Assembly: GCA_039680575.1 (NCBI GenBank)
Contig: JBDKSP010000088.1
Coordinates: forward strand, 63 to 64,062
Length of the DNA stretch: 64,000 nt
Origin: Armatimonadota bacterium
GTDB lineage: Bacteria; Armatimonadota; UBA5829; DTLH01
Direction of reading: 5' to 3'
How positions within the stretch are numbered: position 1 is the stretch's first letter; each line of letters starts with the position of its first letter. Below the pieces are notes generated by a model that searched no databases, was not told the origin of the DNA, and saw only the letters and a list, made by a program, of their open reading frames with translations. The position numbers were made by a program, and so were the translations under genes. This document shows, in pieces, positions 49,877 through 60,500 of this stretch.

Positions 49877-51652
49877 TTGAATCTAAGGAAGCACGAGAGG
49901 CTTTATAGGCTGGTGTCCTGTGTCACGGTGTTTGGATTCATACTGCCGTTGATGCTGACAGTATTTCCGCAGGCTGCTGTAGCACAGTCACAGGCTCAGA
50001 CGCCGATGCAAGTAGGCGTGGTCGAATTCCGTAATGATTCTGGCGTGCAGGGAAGTATGCTTGCCAGGTTTGCTACGGACGCGGTGGTAATCGAGCTCAG
50101 CAAGTCGGACCGCTTTGATGTTATCACAAGAGCGCAGATCGATGCGCAGATGAAAGACCTTGGAATTGCCAACCCGCTTAACAGCGTCGAGCGTAACAGA
50201 TTGGGAGAGGCTCTCTACGCCGATGCTATGATCGAAGGTTCAATCAAGGCAGTCGAACTCCGGGGCAGCGGGTCTACACGCCGTGCTGCCGTCACCATTG
50301 TCATTCGAATGGTCGATCAGTCATCCGGCGAGGTCATTAACGGCGCTATCCAGACAGGTACCAGTAATGTGCGTGTCGGCAGCAGTCCGGACGATGACAA
50401 GCTGATTTCGGAAGCCATTAACAACGCTGCATATCAGGCTGTCAAAACGATGATCGATTACATCATCCCCGAGGCGACAGTCCAGAATACGATCAGAACC
50501 AATGAGATTCTGTTGAATAAGGGTGCCAGAGACGGCATCAGGTTAGGTATGCGGATGATCGTTACGCGGGACCGCGAGATCATTGGGGAAGTCGAGATCA
50601 GGAAGGTAGACCCGGACAACGCGACGGGTTTCATAGTAAAGCAGACACGGGGAATCAGCCCGGAAGACAAGGCTAGAGCAGTATTCGATATGCCGGAGAT
50701 CGCCAGAGTACAGGCGGATTCCGGTACGAAATCCGGTCCTCCTACCGTTTCATCAAAGAAGTCGAGTTCTTTGCCTAAGATCGGTAGAGTGCTCCTGGGT
50801 GTACTTGTTGCCTGGGGTGTATCGAAAATCTTCGATTCTGATGGCACAGAAAGCGTCGGTGGTGTGACCGCTGAAGCAGGATTGTCCGGTTATAACCTGC
50901 CCGTTGAAAGCGGCAGCCCCGGTGTTAGGGTAAAATGGGATGCCAGTAAACTCGGACGCGGCAAGAATGTCATAGAGTATCATATCTGGAGGAACGACGT
51001 AAGCGGTCCAGTGCTTACAGCCCGCGCTTCGGATGGTGTAGCTTTTGATGATGCAAACACCAGGTCTACAGCATATACCACCGCCAACAGCGAGACGAAT
51101 GCTAAGACTACCGGCACGACTACAGTTCCTGCTATGACACTCAGCACGCCTCTTAAATACTGGGTTTCCGCGCTTTATATGGTCCAGTCTTCGGATAGCA
51201 CTCTATATTATGAAACGGACAAAGTTGCTACCGGCCAGGCGACACCTATGTCTCAGATAGCTGTAGCAAATCTCACGCTGCCGGCTGCTGGCAGTCAGCA
51301 GAACTTGCAGAAAGTAACATTTGAGTGGCTTTCCAGAAGAGGCGCGGATGTCTACATAGTTGAAGTTTCAAGCGACCCGACATTCCAGAACCCTGAATAT
51401 GTAAGCAGTCCTGTATACTACTCTCCGGCCGCAGATGGTCAGACGGTAAGGCTGGTGGTATCAGCGTCACTCTATAACTTATTCTCAAGCACAACAAGTG
51501 ATCAACCGATCTGGTGGCGAGTCGGGATGCGGGCAAGTGGAGACTCACCTGGACCAATTCCGGCAAGCGGAAGGTCCAGTATGCGATATTTATATAGTGA
51601 AATAAACTCATTCTATCCGGCTGATACACCTCCGGGCACGCCGGATCAGTAA
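49877..51652 (+). CDS. secreted/lipoprotein-like protein: CsgG/LpoB/FlgO-like N-terminal alpha/beta domain, internal hydrophobic segment, C-terminal Fn3-like repeats
   Basis: TTG start with GGGGAGG 9 nt upstream and a signal peptide (NLRKHERLYR-LVSCVTVFGFILPLMLTVF-PQAAVA). The N-domain pattern VGVVEFRNDSG...RFDVITRAQIDAQMKDL resembles the CsgG-like lipoprotein family. First gene of a four-gene co-directional cluster. Domain call is tentative. Confidence 0.4.
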   Translation: MNLRKHERLYRLVSCVTVFGFILPLMLTVFPQAAVAQSQAQTPMQVGVVEFRNDSGVQGSMLARFATDAVVIELSKSDRFDVITRAQIDAQMKDLGIANPLNSVERNRLGEALYADAMIEGSIKAVELRGSGSTRRAAVTIVIRMVDQSSGEVINGAIQTGTSNVRVGSSPDDDKLISEAINNAAYQAVKTMIDYIIPEATVQNTIRTNEILLNKGARDGIRLGMRMIVTRDREIIGEVEIRKVDPDNATGFIVKQTRGISPEDKARAVFDMPEIARVQADSGTKSGPPTVSSKKSSSLPKIGRVLLGVLVAWGVSKIFDSDGTESVGGVTAEAGLSGYNLPVESGSPGVRVKWDASKLGRGKNVIEYHIWRNDVSGPVLTARASDGVAFDDANTRSTAYTTANSETNAKTTGTTTVPAMTLSTPLKYWVSALYMVQSSDSTLYYETDKVATGQATPMSQIAVANLTLPAAGSQQNLQKVTFEWLSRRGADVYIVEVSSDPTFQNPEYVSSPVYYSPAADGQTVRLVVSASLYNLFSSTTSDQPIWWRVGMRASGDSPGPIPASGRSSMRYLYSEINSFYPADTPPGTPDQ

Positions 51653-51755
51653 GAATTGCTTTCAGCATCGGCCGCACCGTTCGCTATATTGAGATAAAGA
51701 GCGGGCGGCCGACCCGCTACAAGCGGGTCGGGACGACAGGGAGGTACAGGAGAAG

Positions 51756-54752
51756 TTGAACCATAGATATTTACAACTGATGCGATGCAAATGGGCTGTT
51801 ATCTTATTCGCGGTGTTCGTGCTATCCGCGAATGCTGTCGCAGCAGATACTCCGGCAACATCGGCTTATGTACAAAACCAGTTATTAGTCCGGCTCGCGC
51901 CTGGCCTGACTGAAGCCGAGCGAGATGCCGCATTTGATAAGATTGGCGCCAAATTGATCCGCCCTCTGGCGCTTGCAAACACATATCTCGTCGAGCTTGT
52001 GCCTACCCGTGGCGAAACTGTTCAATCTGCAATGACCAGGGCAAGTTCAGTAACAGACATCACTACCGTCGGTCCGAACTATCGAAGATATCCTACTGCT
52101 TCGGTCCCGAATGATACTTTGTGGTCGAAGCTCTGGGGTATGAAGATGATAAACGCGGACGATGCCTGGGATATTACGAAGGGCAGCTCCAGCGTAATTG
52201 TTGCTGTGCTCGATACCGACTTCAGCCTCGATCATCCCGATCTGAAAGACAGATACCTGCCAGGCACGGATACGGCGATGGGCGATGGTGATCCTTCTCC
52301 ATGGGCTCAGAAGGATAAGTTGAGTCATGGGACCCATGTCACCGGTATTATAGCAGCCCAGGGAAACAACAGCGAAGGTGTCGTTGGTGTCTGCTGGGAT
52401 GGAGTAAAGATTCTCCCCATAAAAGTGTTTGCTGACGATGGGTCAGGTGACTCGGCAGCCGTAATAGATGGACTGTATTATGCGAAAGCACAGGGCGCCC
52501 AGGTTATAAATATGAGCCTGGGTGGGGTTTATTCCGATTCTTTCGAGCATGACGCACTAAAAGACCTGTACGCTGCTGGTATTATAATCGTTGCATCCGC
52601 GGGTAATGAGGCTTCGACAGTCAGCTATCCCGCTGCGTATGCTGAAGTAATAGCGGTTTCCGCGTTGGGCGATGATGAACGTCCGGCCGATTACACAAAC
52701 TACGGTTCTGAAATAGATATTGCCGCTCCTGGCGGTGAAGATGTCGAGGATGGCGCAGGTTCTATCTGGAGCACCTGCTGGTCCAAAGACAAAGGGAATT
52801 ATTACTCAGGCTTGCAAGGGACATCGATGGCAGCGCCGCATGTCGCTGGCGCAGCAGCTCTTATGATCTCGTCAGGTATATCACCGAGCCAGGTTACAGG
52901 TATGCTTTACCGCGCAGCAAGATCGCCTAAAGTCGGTGTTCTCGATCCTTTGAAATATGGAAATGGAATTCTCGATCTGTATCAGGCGATGCATGCAAAT
53001 GCTGAAATCAATATAGTAACACCGGAAGATGCAGAAGTACTGGATACAACAACTCCTCAGTTCAAGATATCGACTTATCTTGTCCAGAAGAGCAGTATCA
53101 AGATTTATCTGGACTTTACGGATGCAAATAAAGACGGAACGCCAGATAATCTTGATGAAAGTATCGTGCTGAACGGCACGACAATGGATTCGGATTCAAA
53201 TGCCTCCTGGGATGCCGAAACCAGCACTCTTACTTTGAATTGGCCGTCAGTCGGACAATCTCCACTGTCATCAGGCACTCATACAGTATGCGTTATGGGC
53301 GACCCTGAATCAGGCGCCAATTCCGGGACAGTAAAGGACTGGAAAGTATTTTTTGTAAGACCGAAAGTGATTTCGGCAGGGCGGCACATGTTATCGATTC
53401 CTTATCCGCTGTCGTCGGATGTGACACCTTCTGATTTATTCGGAGGGGATGATTTCTGGTTGGCCAGATACATTCCATCCCAAGATTCTTATGCCACGAT
53501 AAACTATCCGTCGGGAAATGATGAAGATGCTGCCTGGCCGTCGAATCCAGGCGTACATCCGCACGGTGATACTACGGATACTCCTCCTGCGGGTCTAGGA
53601 TACTTCGTCGAGGTACTAACGGATACACCAATTTCAGTAAGTGGAACTGCAGATAAGACCAGAGCTTATGATATTACCTTGACTCGAGGGTCGACCGGAT
53701 GGAATATGATAGGAAACCCGTTCCCATTCCAGGTTGCTTGGGATAGTGTGAAGCTCACATATAGAGGTAAAACGCTGACGTTGAGAGACGCAGTTACAGC
53801 CGGTTGGATTCGTCAGGCTCTGTATAGATATACAACATCAGGATATACATTCGAGAATGATCTTATGAAGGCGGTTCTGGTACCTTGGGAGGGAAACTGG
53901 GTAAGGATACTTCCTGATTATCCGGATAGAAATACCGATACCATGGTCCTAATGGTCCCCCCGGTCGAGTCGACTTCTATTGTAGATGCATCAAAAAGCC
54001 GCGAGGCTACAACCAGCGATGGTTGGTCTGTAAATCTTGTAGCAAAAGTAGGAGATGCTGTCGATTCTCAAAATCTGATAGGTATAGACAGCAGAGCGTC
54101 CGAAGGTTACGACAAGCTTGATGTAGAAGAACCGCCGGTTTTTAACGACTATGTTCAGTTGTCTTTCACGCATAGTGATTGGGTAGACAAAACAGGCCGT
54201 TACGCAAGCGACTTCAGGTCGAGTATAGGGACAGGCAAGACTTGGGAATTTAGCGTCAAAACTGATACATTGAACAAGGATGTTTCGATATCCTGGCCTG
54301 GAATAGCTTCAGTACCGAAGAATTGCCGGCTTGTCCTGGAAGATCTCGACAGCGGTAACAAGGTATATATGCGGACTAGAAACAACTATATATACAACTC
54401 AGGAACAACCGAAAGCTCAAGAAGATTCAAGTTATATGCAGAACCGTCGGACAGCGGTTCTCTGATGATTACAAATGTAGCTATCTCTCAAACGAGAGGA
54501 TCAAGCGTAAGTATTAATTATACGATCTCGCGTGATGCGAGTGTTGAAGTCCGTGTGCGAGATAACAGGAATAAACTGATTCGCAAATTGGGCGGAAATA
54601 CAACTCGCGCCGCAGGGATTAATTCGATGAGCTGGGACTGTGCCCTCAACAACGGAGACCAGGCTCCCAGCGGTCTATATATGGCGGAGATCGTTGCTAC
54701 CGGACCGGATGGTGAGGTGGCAAAGACTATCAGGCCGATTCTGGTAAGGTGA
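51756..54752 (+). CDS. secreted subtilisin-like serine protease (peptidase S8) with I9 propeptide and ~550-aa C-terminal extension ending in a FlgD-Ig-like/T9SS-CTD-like domain
   Basis: Signal peptide and I9-type propeptide. Catalytic triad blocks VAVLDTDFSLDHPDL (Asp), HGTHVTGIIAA (His), GTSMAAPHVAGAAAL (Ser). The C-terminal 350 aa are paralogous to the next gene. Confidence 0.85.
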   Translation: MNHRYLQLMRCKWAVILFAVFVLSANAVAADTPATSAYVQNQLLVRLAPGLTEAERDAAFDKIGAKLIRPLALANTYLVELVPTRGETVQSAMTRASSVTDITTVGPNYRRYPTASVPNDTLWSKLWGMKMINADDAWDITKGSSSVIVAVLDTDFSLDHPDLKDRYLPGTDTAMGDGDPSPWAQKDKLSHGTHVTGIIAAQGNNSEGVVGVCWDGVKILPIKVFADDGSGDSAAVIDGLYYAKAQGAQVINMSLGGVYSDSFEHDALKDLYAAGIIIVASAGNEASTVSYPAAYAEVIAVSALGDDERPADYTNYGSEIDIAAPGGEDVEDGAGSIWSTCWSKDKGNYYSGLQGTSMAAPHVAGAAALMISSGISPSQVTGMLYRAARSPKVGVLDPLKYGNGILDLYQAMHANAEINIVTPEDAEVLDTTTPQFKISTYLVQKSSIKIYLDFTDANKDGTPDNLDESIVLNGTTMDSDSNASWDAETSTLTLNWPSVGQSPLSSGTHTVCVMGDPESGANSGTVKDWKVFFVRPKVISAGRHMLSIPYPLSSDVTPSDLFGGDDFWLARYIPSQDSYATINYPSGNDEDAAWPSNPGVHPHGDTTDTPPAGLGYFVEVLTDTPISVSGTADKTRAYDITLTRGSTGWNMIGNPFPFQVAWDSVKLTYRGKTLTLRDAVTAGWIRQALYRYTTSGYTFENDLMKAVLVPWEGNWVRILPDYPDRNTDTMVLMVPPVESTSIVDASKSREATTSDGWSVNLVAKVGDAVDSQNLIGIDSRASEGYDKLDVEEPPVFNDYVQLSFTHSDWVDKTGRYASDFRSSIGTGKTWEFSVKTDTLNKDVSISWPGIASVPKNCRLVLEDLDSGNKVYMRTRNNYIYNSGTTESSRRFKLYAEPSDSGSLMITNVAISQTRGSSVSINYTISRDASVEVRVRDNRNKLIRKLGGNTTRAAGINSMSWDCALNNGDQAPSGLYMAEIVATGPDGEVAKTIRPILVR

Positions 54753-54775
54753 TTGTGATAGGAGATAGAGTATTT

Positions 54776-57460
54776 ATGCTACGAACAGCAAAAATATTTG
54801 CCATTGTATTGTCGGCAGTCGCTTTGATCGTGCTGTCTGCCCCCGTATTCGCGCAGGATTATACTGCCGGTACCAGTAACGAATATCTGTTGGTAATGAT
54901 GGGTCAGCAGGAAGATGTGTATGTATACGAGCCAGAAGAAAAGCCTGTCGAAAAGCCAAGGTCAGGCCGGTGGGTGATATATACTGTCAAAGGCGATCCG
55001 GAAATATCGGATGATGATAATATTCCGTTGGTAAGGACAGCGGCTGACGGTGGACCGGGATGGAGACATGGGTTCACAACCATAAGAGTAGATAATACCA
55101 GTGAAATATTCGGAGATACTTCTCGCGGAGCTTGGGTGCTTTATCCATATATAAGTGATAAAGAAACGGGCAACTATGTGGGACTTACAGGGCAATATGT
55201 GTGCGGCCTGTGGTATGTTAACGCATCGGCTATAACTGCAAGATTCCGAATGGCGCTGGTAAGGGACCAGGTGAGGCTTGAAGTAGTACTGACCAATTAT
55301 GACACCAAATCACATTATGTTGGTCTGAGACACTGCTGCGATGTAACAACCGATGGAAATATAGATTCCATAACGCATCCGTATGTTCCAGGCAGTGGAG
55401 TTGTAATGGCTGAGACCGATTATTTAGGGTCAGCAATACCGGACTACTTTGAAATGTATGATAGTATCAGCAGTCCCAAGGTAGCAGTGAGAAATACTCT
55501 AAACGAGCAGGATGCAACTGCACCTGACAGAGCAGCATTCGGTTCCTGGCAAAATATGCAGGGAAGCGATTGGGACTTTACCGCTATACCGGATAGAGCT
55601 GTAGGGGATTACGGCTGGGCGCTCTGGTGGGCGCCTGCGCTCCTCAATCCACGTGAATCCAGGACAATTATCACTTATTTTGGAATGGCAGCAGCTACCA
55701 GTTCTTGGACATCAGATAGCGGCAGCATTGGGTCAGTGCCAAAGCAGGATCCTTTCTGCGTGGCAGTGCAGGGACCAAAATCACTCAGTATAGATTATGA
55801 TTCAAGCCAGTCATCCGATACGATGCTGCAGACTAATCCGTTCAAGATAAAAGCATATATATACAACCTGTATACTGGTGATACGACACTGAAAGATGTT
55901 CAAGTTCACTTAACCTTACCGGACGGATTAGAGTTGGTAGACGGGACCGCTACTCAAGAGATAACCAGCATACCGCCTGAAAGCGAAGGACTACCAGTAA
56001 GCTGGAATGTAAAGGCAACTGGTAAAGTGACAGGCACGCTCGATTATATCGTAACAGTTAGCGGCTCGCCGGGGTTACAAAAGCAATTGACACGTAGTAT
56101 AGTAGTCCCTTCTACAGGGACTACTCAGATACAGACAGGATGGCAGATGATCTCGACGCCATTCAAATTCGAGGATTCAAGGATAGAAGAAGCTCTGAAT
56201 CTGGCGGATGATACTTATAGCGCATCATCATGGAATCCTCAGACACAAAGTTATGATACTGTTACGAATATAGCCCCTGGTAAGGGGTACTGGTTAAAAT
56301 CAACTATAGATAGGCCGACTACAAGAGTATCGACTAGCGCGAAACCTTTGTCGGGAGCTGAATCATATTCAATAGACCTTTATACTGGCTGGAATCAGTT
56401 TGGAAACCCGTACATTTATCCTATTCCTTGGGGAAGAGTAAGGGTTTTGGGGACAGCACAGGACGGACTGCTTACGATAGACGAGGCAGTTTCAAAGAAC
56501 CTCATCAGAAAGACTATTTACTGGTGGGATACTGCCGCTGGTGAATATAGTATGTCATCAGATGAGATGGAAAATCTGGTTCCCTGGCAGGGGTATTGGA
56601 TAAAAGCTAAGCAGCCATGCCAGTTGATTATTCCTGCAGTCAGTGAGATAGGTGCAACCTTAAGTGGAGATACTACGAGAAGTAGAGGAAAAGCATCTTC
56701 TGCTTCCAGTACGACGAAATGTGATGGATGGAACCTAAAACTTGTGGCGAGAGCGGGAGAAGTTGAAGATTCCACAAATTATATAGGTATCGATAGCCGT
56801 GCATCGGACACATACGATTCAGCGGACATAGAAGAGCCGCCATCACCCGGTGATTATGTCAGTATAAGTTTTCCACATACGGATTGGGGAGCTAACAGCG
56901 GTAATTATCTTTCGGACATCAGAAGATCCACAGGTGGGACACAGACCTGGGAGTTCAATGTAACATGTGATAAGAAAAATACGGATGTTGTATTGACATG
57001 GCCGGCTTTATCTGGTGTATCGAAAGATTATACTCTGAAAATGACTGATGTAGACGGCAGCTTGACCAGATATATGCGGACTACAAGCTCATATAAATAT
57101 AACTCTGGCGAAGGTGGAGTAAGAAGGTTTAAGCTTGTTGCCGAACCAAGAGGTAATAACAGCTTAATTATAAGCGGACTTGGAATAAATACTTCTCGAG
57201 CGAACGGCAGCGCAACGATATCTTATAATCTTTCCGCGGATGCGTCTACTGATGTCAGGATCAAATCGACTTCGGGCAGGATGGTCCGTAGCCTGGCCAA
57301 AGGTAGAGGCGTTACAAGAGGAATTAATAATCTTACCTGGAACTATCGGGATGAAACCGGAGAGGCGGTTCCTGCTGGCAGTTATATGCTGGAAGTAGTG
57401 GCAACTACACAGGAGGGAGAGGTCGTTAAGACGATACGGCCATTCCTCGTGGCAAGGTAG
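54776..57460 (+). CDS. large secreted protein of unknown function sharing the ~350-aa C-terminal module (including the FlgD-Ig-like end) with the S8 protease
   Basis: ATG at 54776 with GGAGA Shine-Dalgarno and a signal peptide (MLRTAKIFAIVLSAVALIVLSAPVFA). Residues from GWNQFGNPYIYPIPW to the end align block by block with the protease C-terminus. Confidence 0.6.
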   Translation: MLRTAKIFAIVLSAVALIVLSAPVFAQDYTAGTSNEYLLVMMGQQEDVYVYEPEEKPVEKPRSGRWVIYTVKGDPEISDDDNIPLVRTAADGGPGWRHGFTTIRVDNTSEIFGDTSRGAWVLYPYISDKETGNYVGLTGQYVCGLWYVNASAITARFRMALVRDQVRLEVVLTNYDTKSHYVGLRHCCDVTTDGNIDSITHPYVPGSGVVMAETDYLGSAIPDYFEMYDSISSPKVAVRNTLNEQDATAPDRAAFGSWQNMQGSDWDFTAIPDRAVGDYGWALWWAPALLNPRESRTIITYFGMAAATSSWTSDSGSIGSVPKQDPFCVAVQGPKSLSIDYDSSQSSDTMLQTNPFKIKAYIYNLYTGDTTLKDVQVHLTLPDGLELVDGTATQEITSIPPESEGLPVSWNVKATGKVTGTLDYIVTVSGSPGLQKQLTRSIVVPSTGTTQIQTGWQMISTPFKFEDSRIEEALNLADDTYSASSWNPQTQSYDTVTNIAPGKGYWLKSTIDRPTTRVSTSAKPLSGAESYSIDLYTGWNQFGNPYIYPIPWGRVRVLGTAQDGLLTIDEAVSKNLIRKTIYWWDTAAGEYSMSSDEMENLVPWQGYWIKAKQPCQLIIPAVSEIGATLSGDTTRSRGKASSASSTTKCDGWNLKLVARAGEVEDSTNYIGIDSRASDTYDSADIEEPPSPGDYVSISFPHTDWGANSGNYLSDIRRSTGGTQTWEFNVTCDKKNTDVVLTWPALSGVSKDYTLKMTDVDGSLTRYMRTTSSYKYNSGEGGVRRFKLVAEPRGNNSLIISGLGINTSRANGSATISYNLSADASTDVRIKSTSGRMVRSLAKGRGVTRGINNLTWNYRDETGEAVPAGSYMLEVVATTQEGEVVKTIRPFLVAR

Positions 57461-57526
57461 TTCAGTTTGTTTGAAATGAGATATCGCAGGTTAATTGATA
57501 GGACAGGCTGGAAGGAAGATTTGAAT

Positions 57527-60500
57527 ATGATAGGGGTATGCAAGCGACTAGCTCTAGTTCTGGTATTTATTTTCGGAATAATGAGCCCGGTATATGCGAA
57601 TTTGAGTGGAGGAACAGTCGGGCCAGCTCATCCGACTGTCAACTCAATTTCGAATATTAGGTCAGTATGGGAAGTCGAAGACCAGAAAATACCAGATACT
57701 GAGGTATGGAGAACATACGAATTAGGTAGAAACCGGCTTACTACGGCATCAGCATGGCAAGTAAATCCTAGTTACTATAGTCTGCAGCCGGACCCGGATG
57801 CGACAATAACGGAGACTTATAATGCAGTCGATGTCGTAGAATCGGTCTATGTAGAGGTGGATGGAAGTGGCAATATTGTACTTCCTGAGAATGCTGTCGG
57901 TATAAAAGGCGTCTGGATCGACCGATGGCAAAGGAAGAGTGTGTGGCCTGGCGGCGCATTTACTGGAAACACGATAACAAGCGCCCAAGTAACACTTCCT
58001 GCAGGTATTGCACATGTATTTGTATCCTATTATAAAGCGGGAACAAATCTGATACATGTCGAGAATGCGCCTCTTCCAAGCGAATATACTGTATATAAAT
58101 ATCCAGTAACTGCTGGCTTGAAAAAGATTGTTATAAATCCGGAGATATTAAGGTTGGATCCGGATACCGCCGGATTAAGAAATGGCGGAGATGAATGGAA
58201 TAACCTTCTAGGCGTATACGATAACGAGTCTTTGAAGGGTGTAGACTATGCCGCAAGCAGGAATATCGACACAGCCTCATCAACGATATCGTTTAGCAGA
58301 ACCGTAAGCAGCAATGTCAGGAACCTTTACGTAAAGGTATCTACATATGCTATTGATTATGTCAGTATAAACGGTAATCAAGTGCTTCCTACCAGCTATG
58401 ACCCGGATACAGGAGAGATAGTGCTTCCGGAAGAAGTAACAACCGGGCAGGCGGTGGAAGTATCATATCGCCCTCTTGGAAGAAATGTTGTGACGGTAGC
58501 CCAGGTTCCAATAACAGCGGTTACCTCAGTGAGTAGTGAAAACGGTAATTGCACAGTCCAGGGATTTGATGCAGCTACTGGGAAGATAACACTACAGGAT
58601 CCTCTAGAACAGGGAACAAGAACTCTATATTGCGTATATACAGCCACTGATATGCAAAATGTCACAGGCGAAGGTTCATGGAGTTGGATGGAAGGTGGCA
58701 AACCATTTCCTATTGTACGCGAAAGCGACGATCAGGATCAGCGGTATGCTTCTCTGCAGCCGGATCCCGCAACAGGTGGCGTAAGGGTTAAAGGCGGTCA
58801 TGTGAAGTATGGGCCGTATAGACTAGATGAATGGGTGTTCCATGGTGTAGATAGAGTTGATGATGAAGATGCTGTTGGCGTAACCATGCTGGATGGCGAT
58901 GGTAAGACAATAACAACAACAGGAATCGTCGACGCGGCTGATGATAATTGGGGGTGGACTGGTATATTCCTGTTGCCTGCTCATGAACCAGTCCTTATTA
59001 AAAGTGTAATTATATCAAGTATCATAGATGGCGAATTCGTAACGGATAACTATGCGGAGTTCGCCCAGATAATGGATATCAAAACTGCTGCAGGTGACAC
59101 GGTTAGGGGTATTTACATAGATACGGACACAGCGGATGTAGGAGAAAGAGCGTTTGCTGCCAGAATATCGTACTATGTAAGTGGGAAAAACATGGTGTTG
59201 GTGCCAGGACCTTTGCCTATGCCCGCGACAGTTAGAGAAATAGACCTCGATAATCTTTTCCAGCCAAGGTCTAACTTATTGAGGATCAACCCGAATTTGA
59301 TTCAGTTTGATCCTGACACTGAAAATTGGAGAGCAAACGCCCTAAGTACCAATTTATTGGACGGATATAATGTCCTGGGTGTATTCGATAACGCAAACCT
59401 GACAGGATGGAACTATTGGACTCCCGGATCCGGAAAAATAACAATAGATGCAACCGGCGCTGCAGTTTTGCAGTTGAATTGTGTTCCTACGAGTTCAGTT
59501 ACTAGATTATTCGTTAAAGTATCGAGCTATGCCGTTGATGGTGTTTTTACTCAGTCAACCGGCGGAGCTAATTATTATCCAGGCAGATTAGCGGATGCAT
59601 TAGCAACAGATCCAGGCAATGATGTAATGAACGATGGCCATGATTATGCCTGGTACGATCCTAATATCACATCAGAGAAGCTGGAATCTACTGGATACGC
59701 GGAAACCAGAATTGGCGAAATTCACCTTGCAAAGTCATTGCCTGCAAGTGGTCAAGCTGTGTACGTGTCTTGGCGGAAATTGAGCAGGAAGAGTGTATCG
59801 CCTGCGCGACCTCGTGTTATGGCTGTTCCAGTATTCCAATATCTGGGAGATCCGGATATGCCGATGGACGAGGATGAGAATCCTCCGATAGATGCGATAG
59901 GATATCTTTCCGCAACTCCACCGGTAAATTCGGTCAGATTAAACTCATCAGGAAGCCTGCCGGAAGGCACCCAGAATGTATACTACATGGAATACCATGC
60001 GGGAATGTGTGTTGGCGGCACAGCTACATCGGCAGTATACGTCTATGGGTTATTAAGATTTACATTCCAGCCGATGTATATCGTACCAGCTGAGAGTTCT
60101 GCAACGGAGTTTGTATACAGACTTGCTGTAAGCGCTGGGTTGAATATGAGTAAGGCCATACAGCAGCCTTCATATGATTTGAATGATCGGACCAACAATC
60201 TTCTTCTGATGGACCCAAGAGCTCATCCGGTGGACTATGCACCGCTTATAAAAACTGAGCAGGGTAGGATAGACCCAATAACTCGTGAATTTGAGTTTTA
60301 TGCAGCTTCACATCCGGATAAATTGGGTTCGACTCCAACAATATCTCAAAAAGGGCCAATCAGCACGACTGTGCATGCATCAACCGTAGGGCGTGGTACG
60401 GATGGTACTGTTGATTATGGTGGAACCTATCGATATGGGTATGGGCTTGATTGGCTTACAAACTACAATACAGATCCGGATTTCCCAGTAAGCTTTGCTG

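Noticed and set aside
49500-49880. 126-aa + strand ORF in the leader of the secreted-protein cluster
   Set aside because: No Shine-Dalgarno; odd composition. It overlaps a promoter-like element and the REP-variant hairpin, so it is more likely a 5' UTR than coding, although a small leader peptide cannot be excluded.
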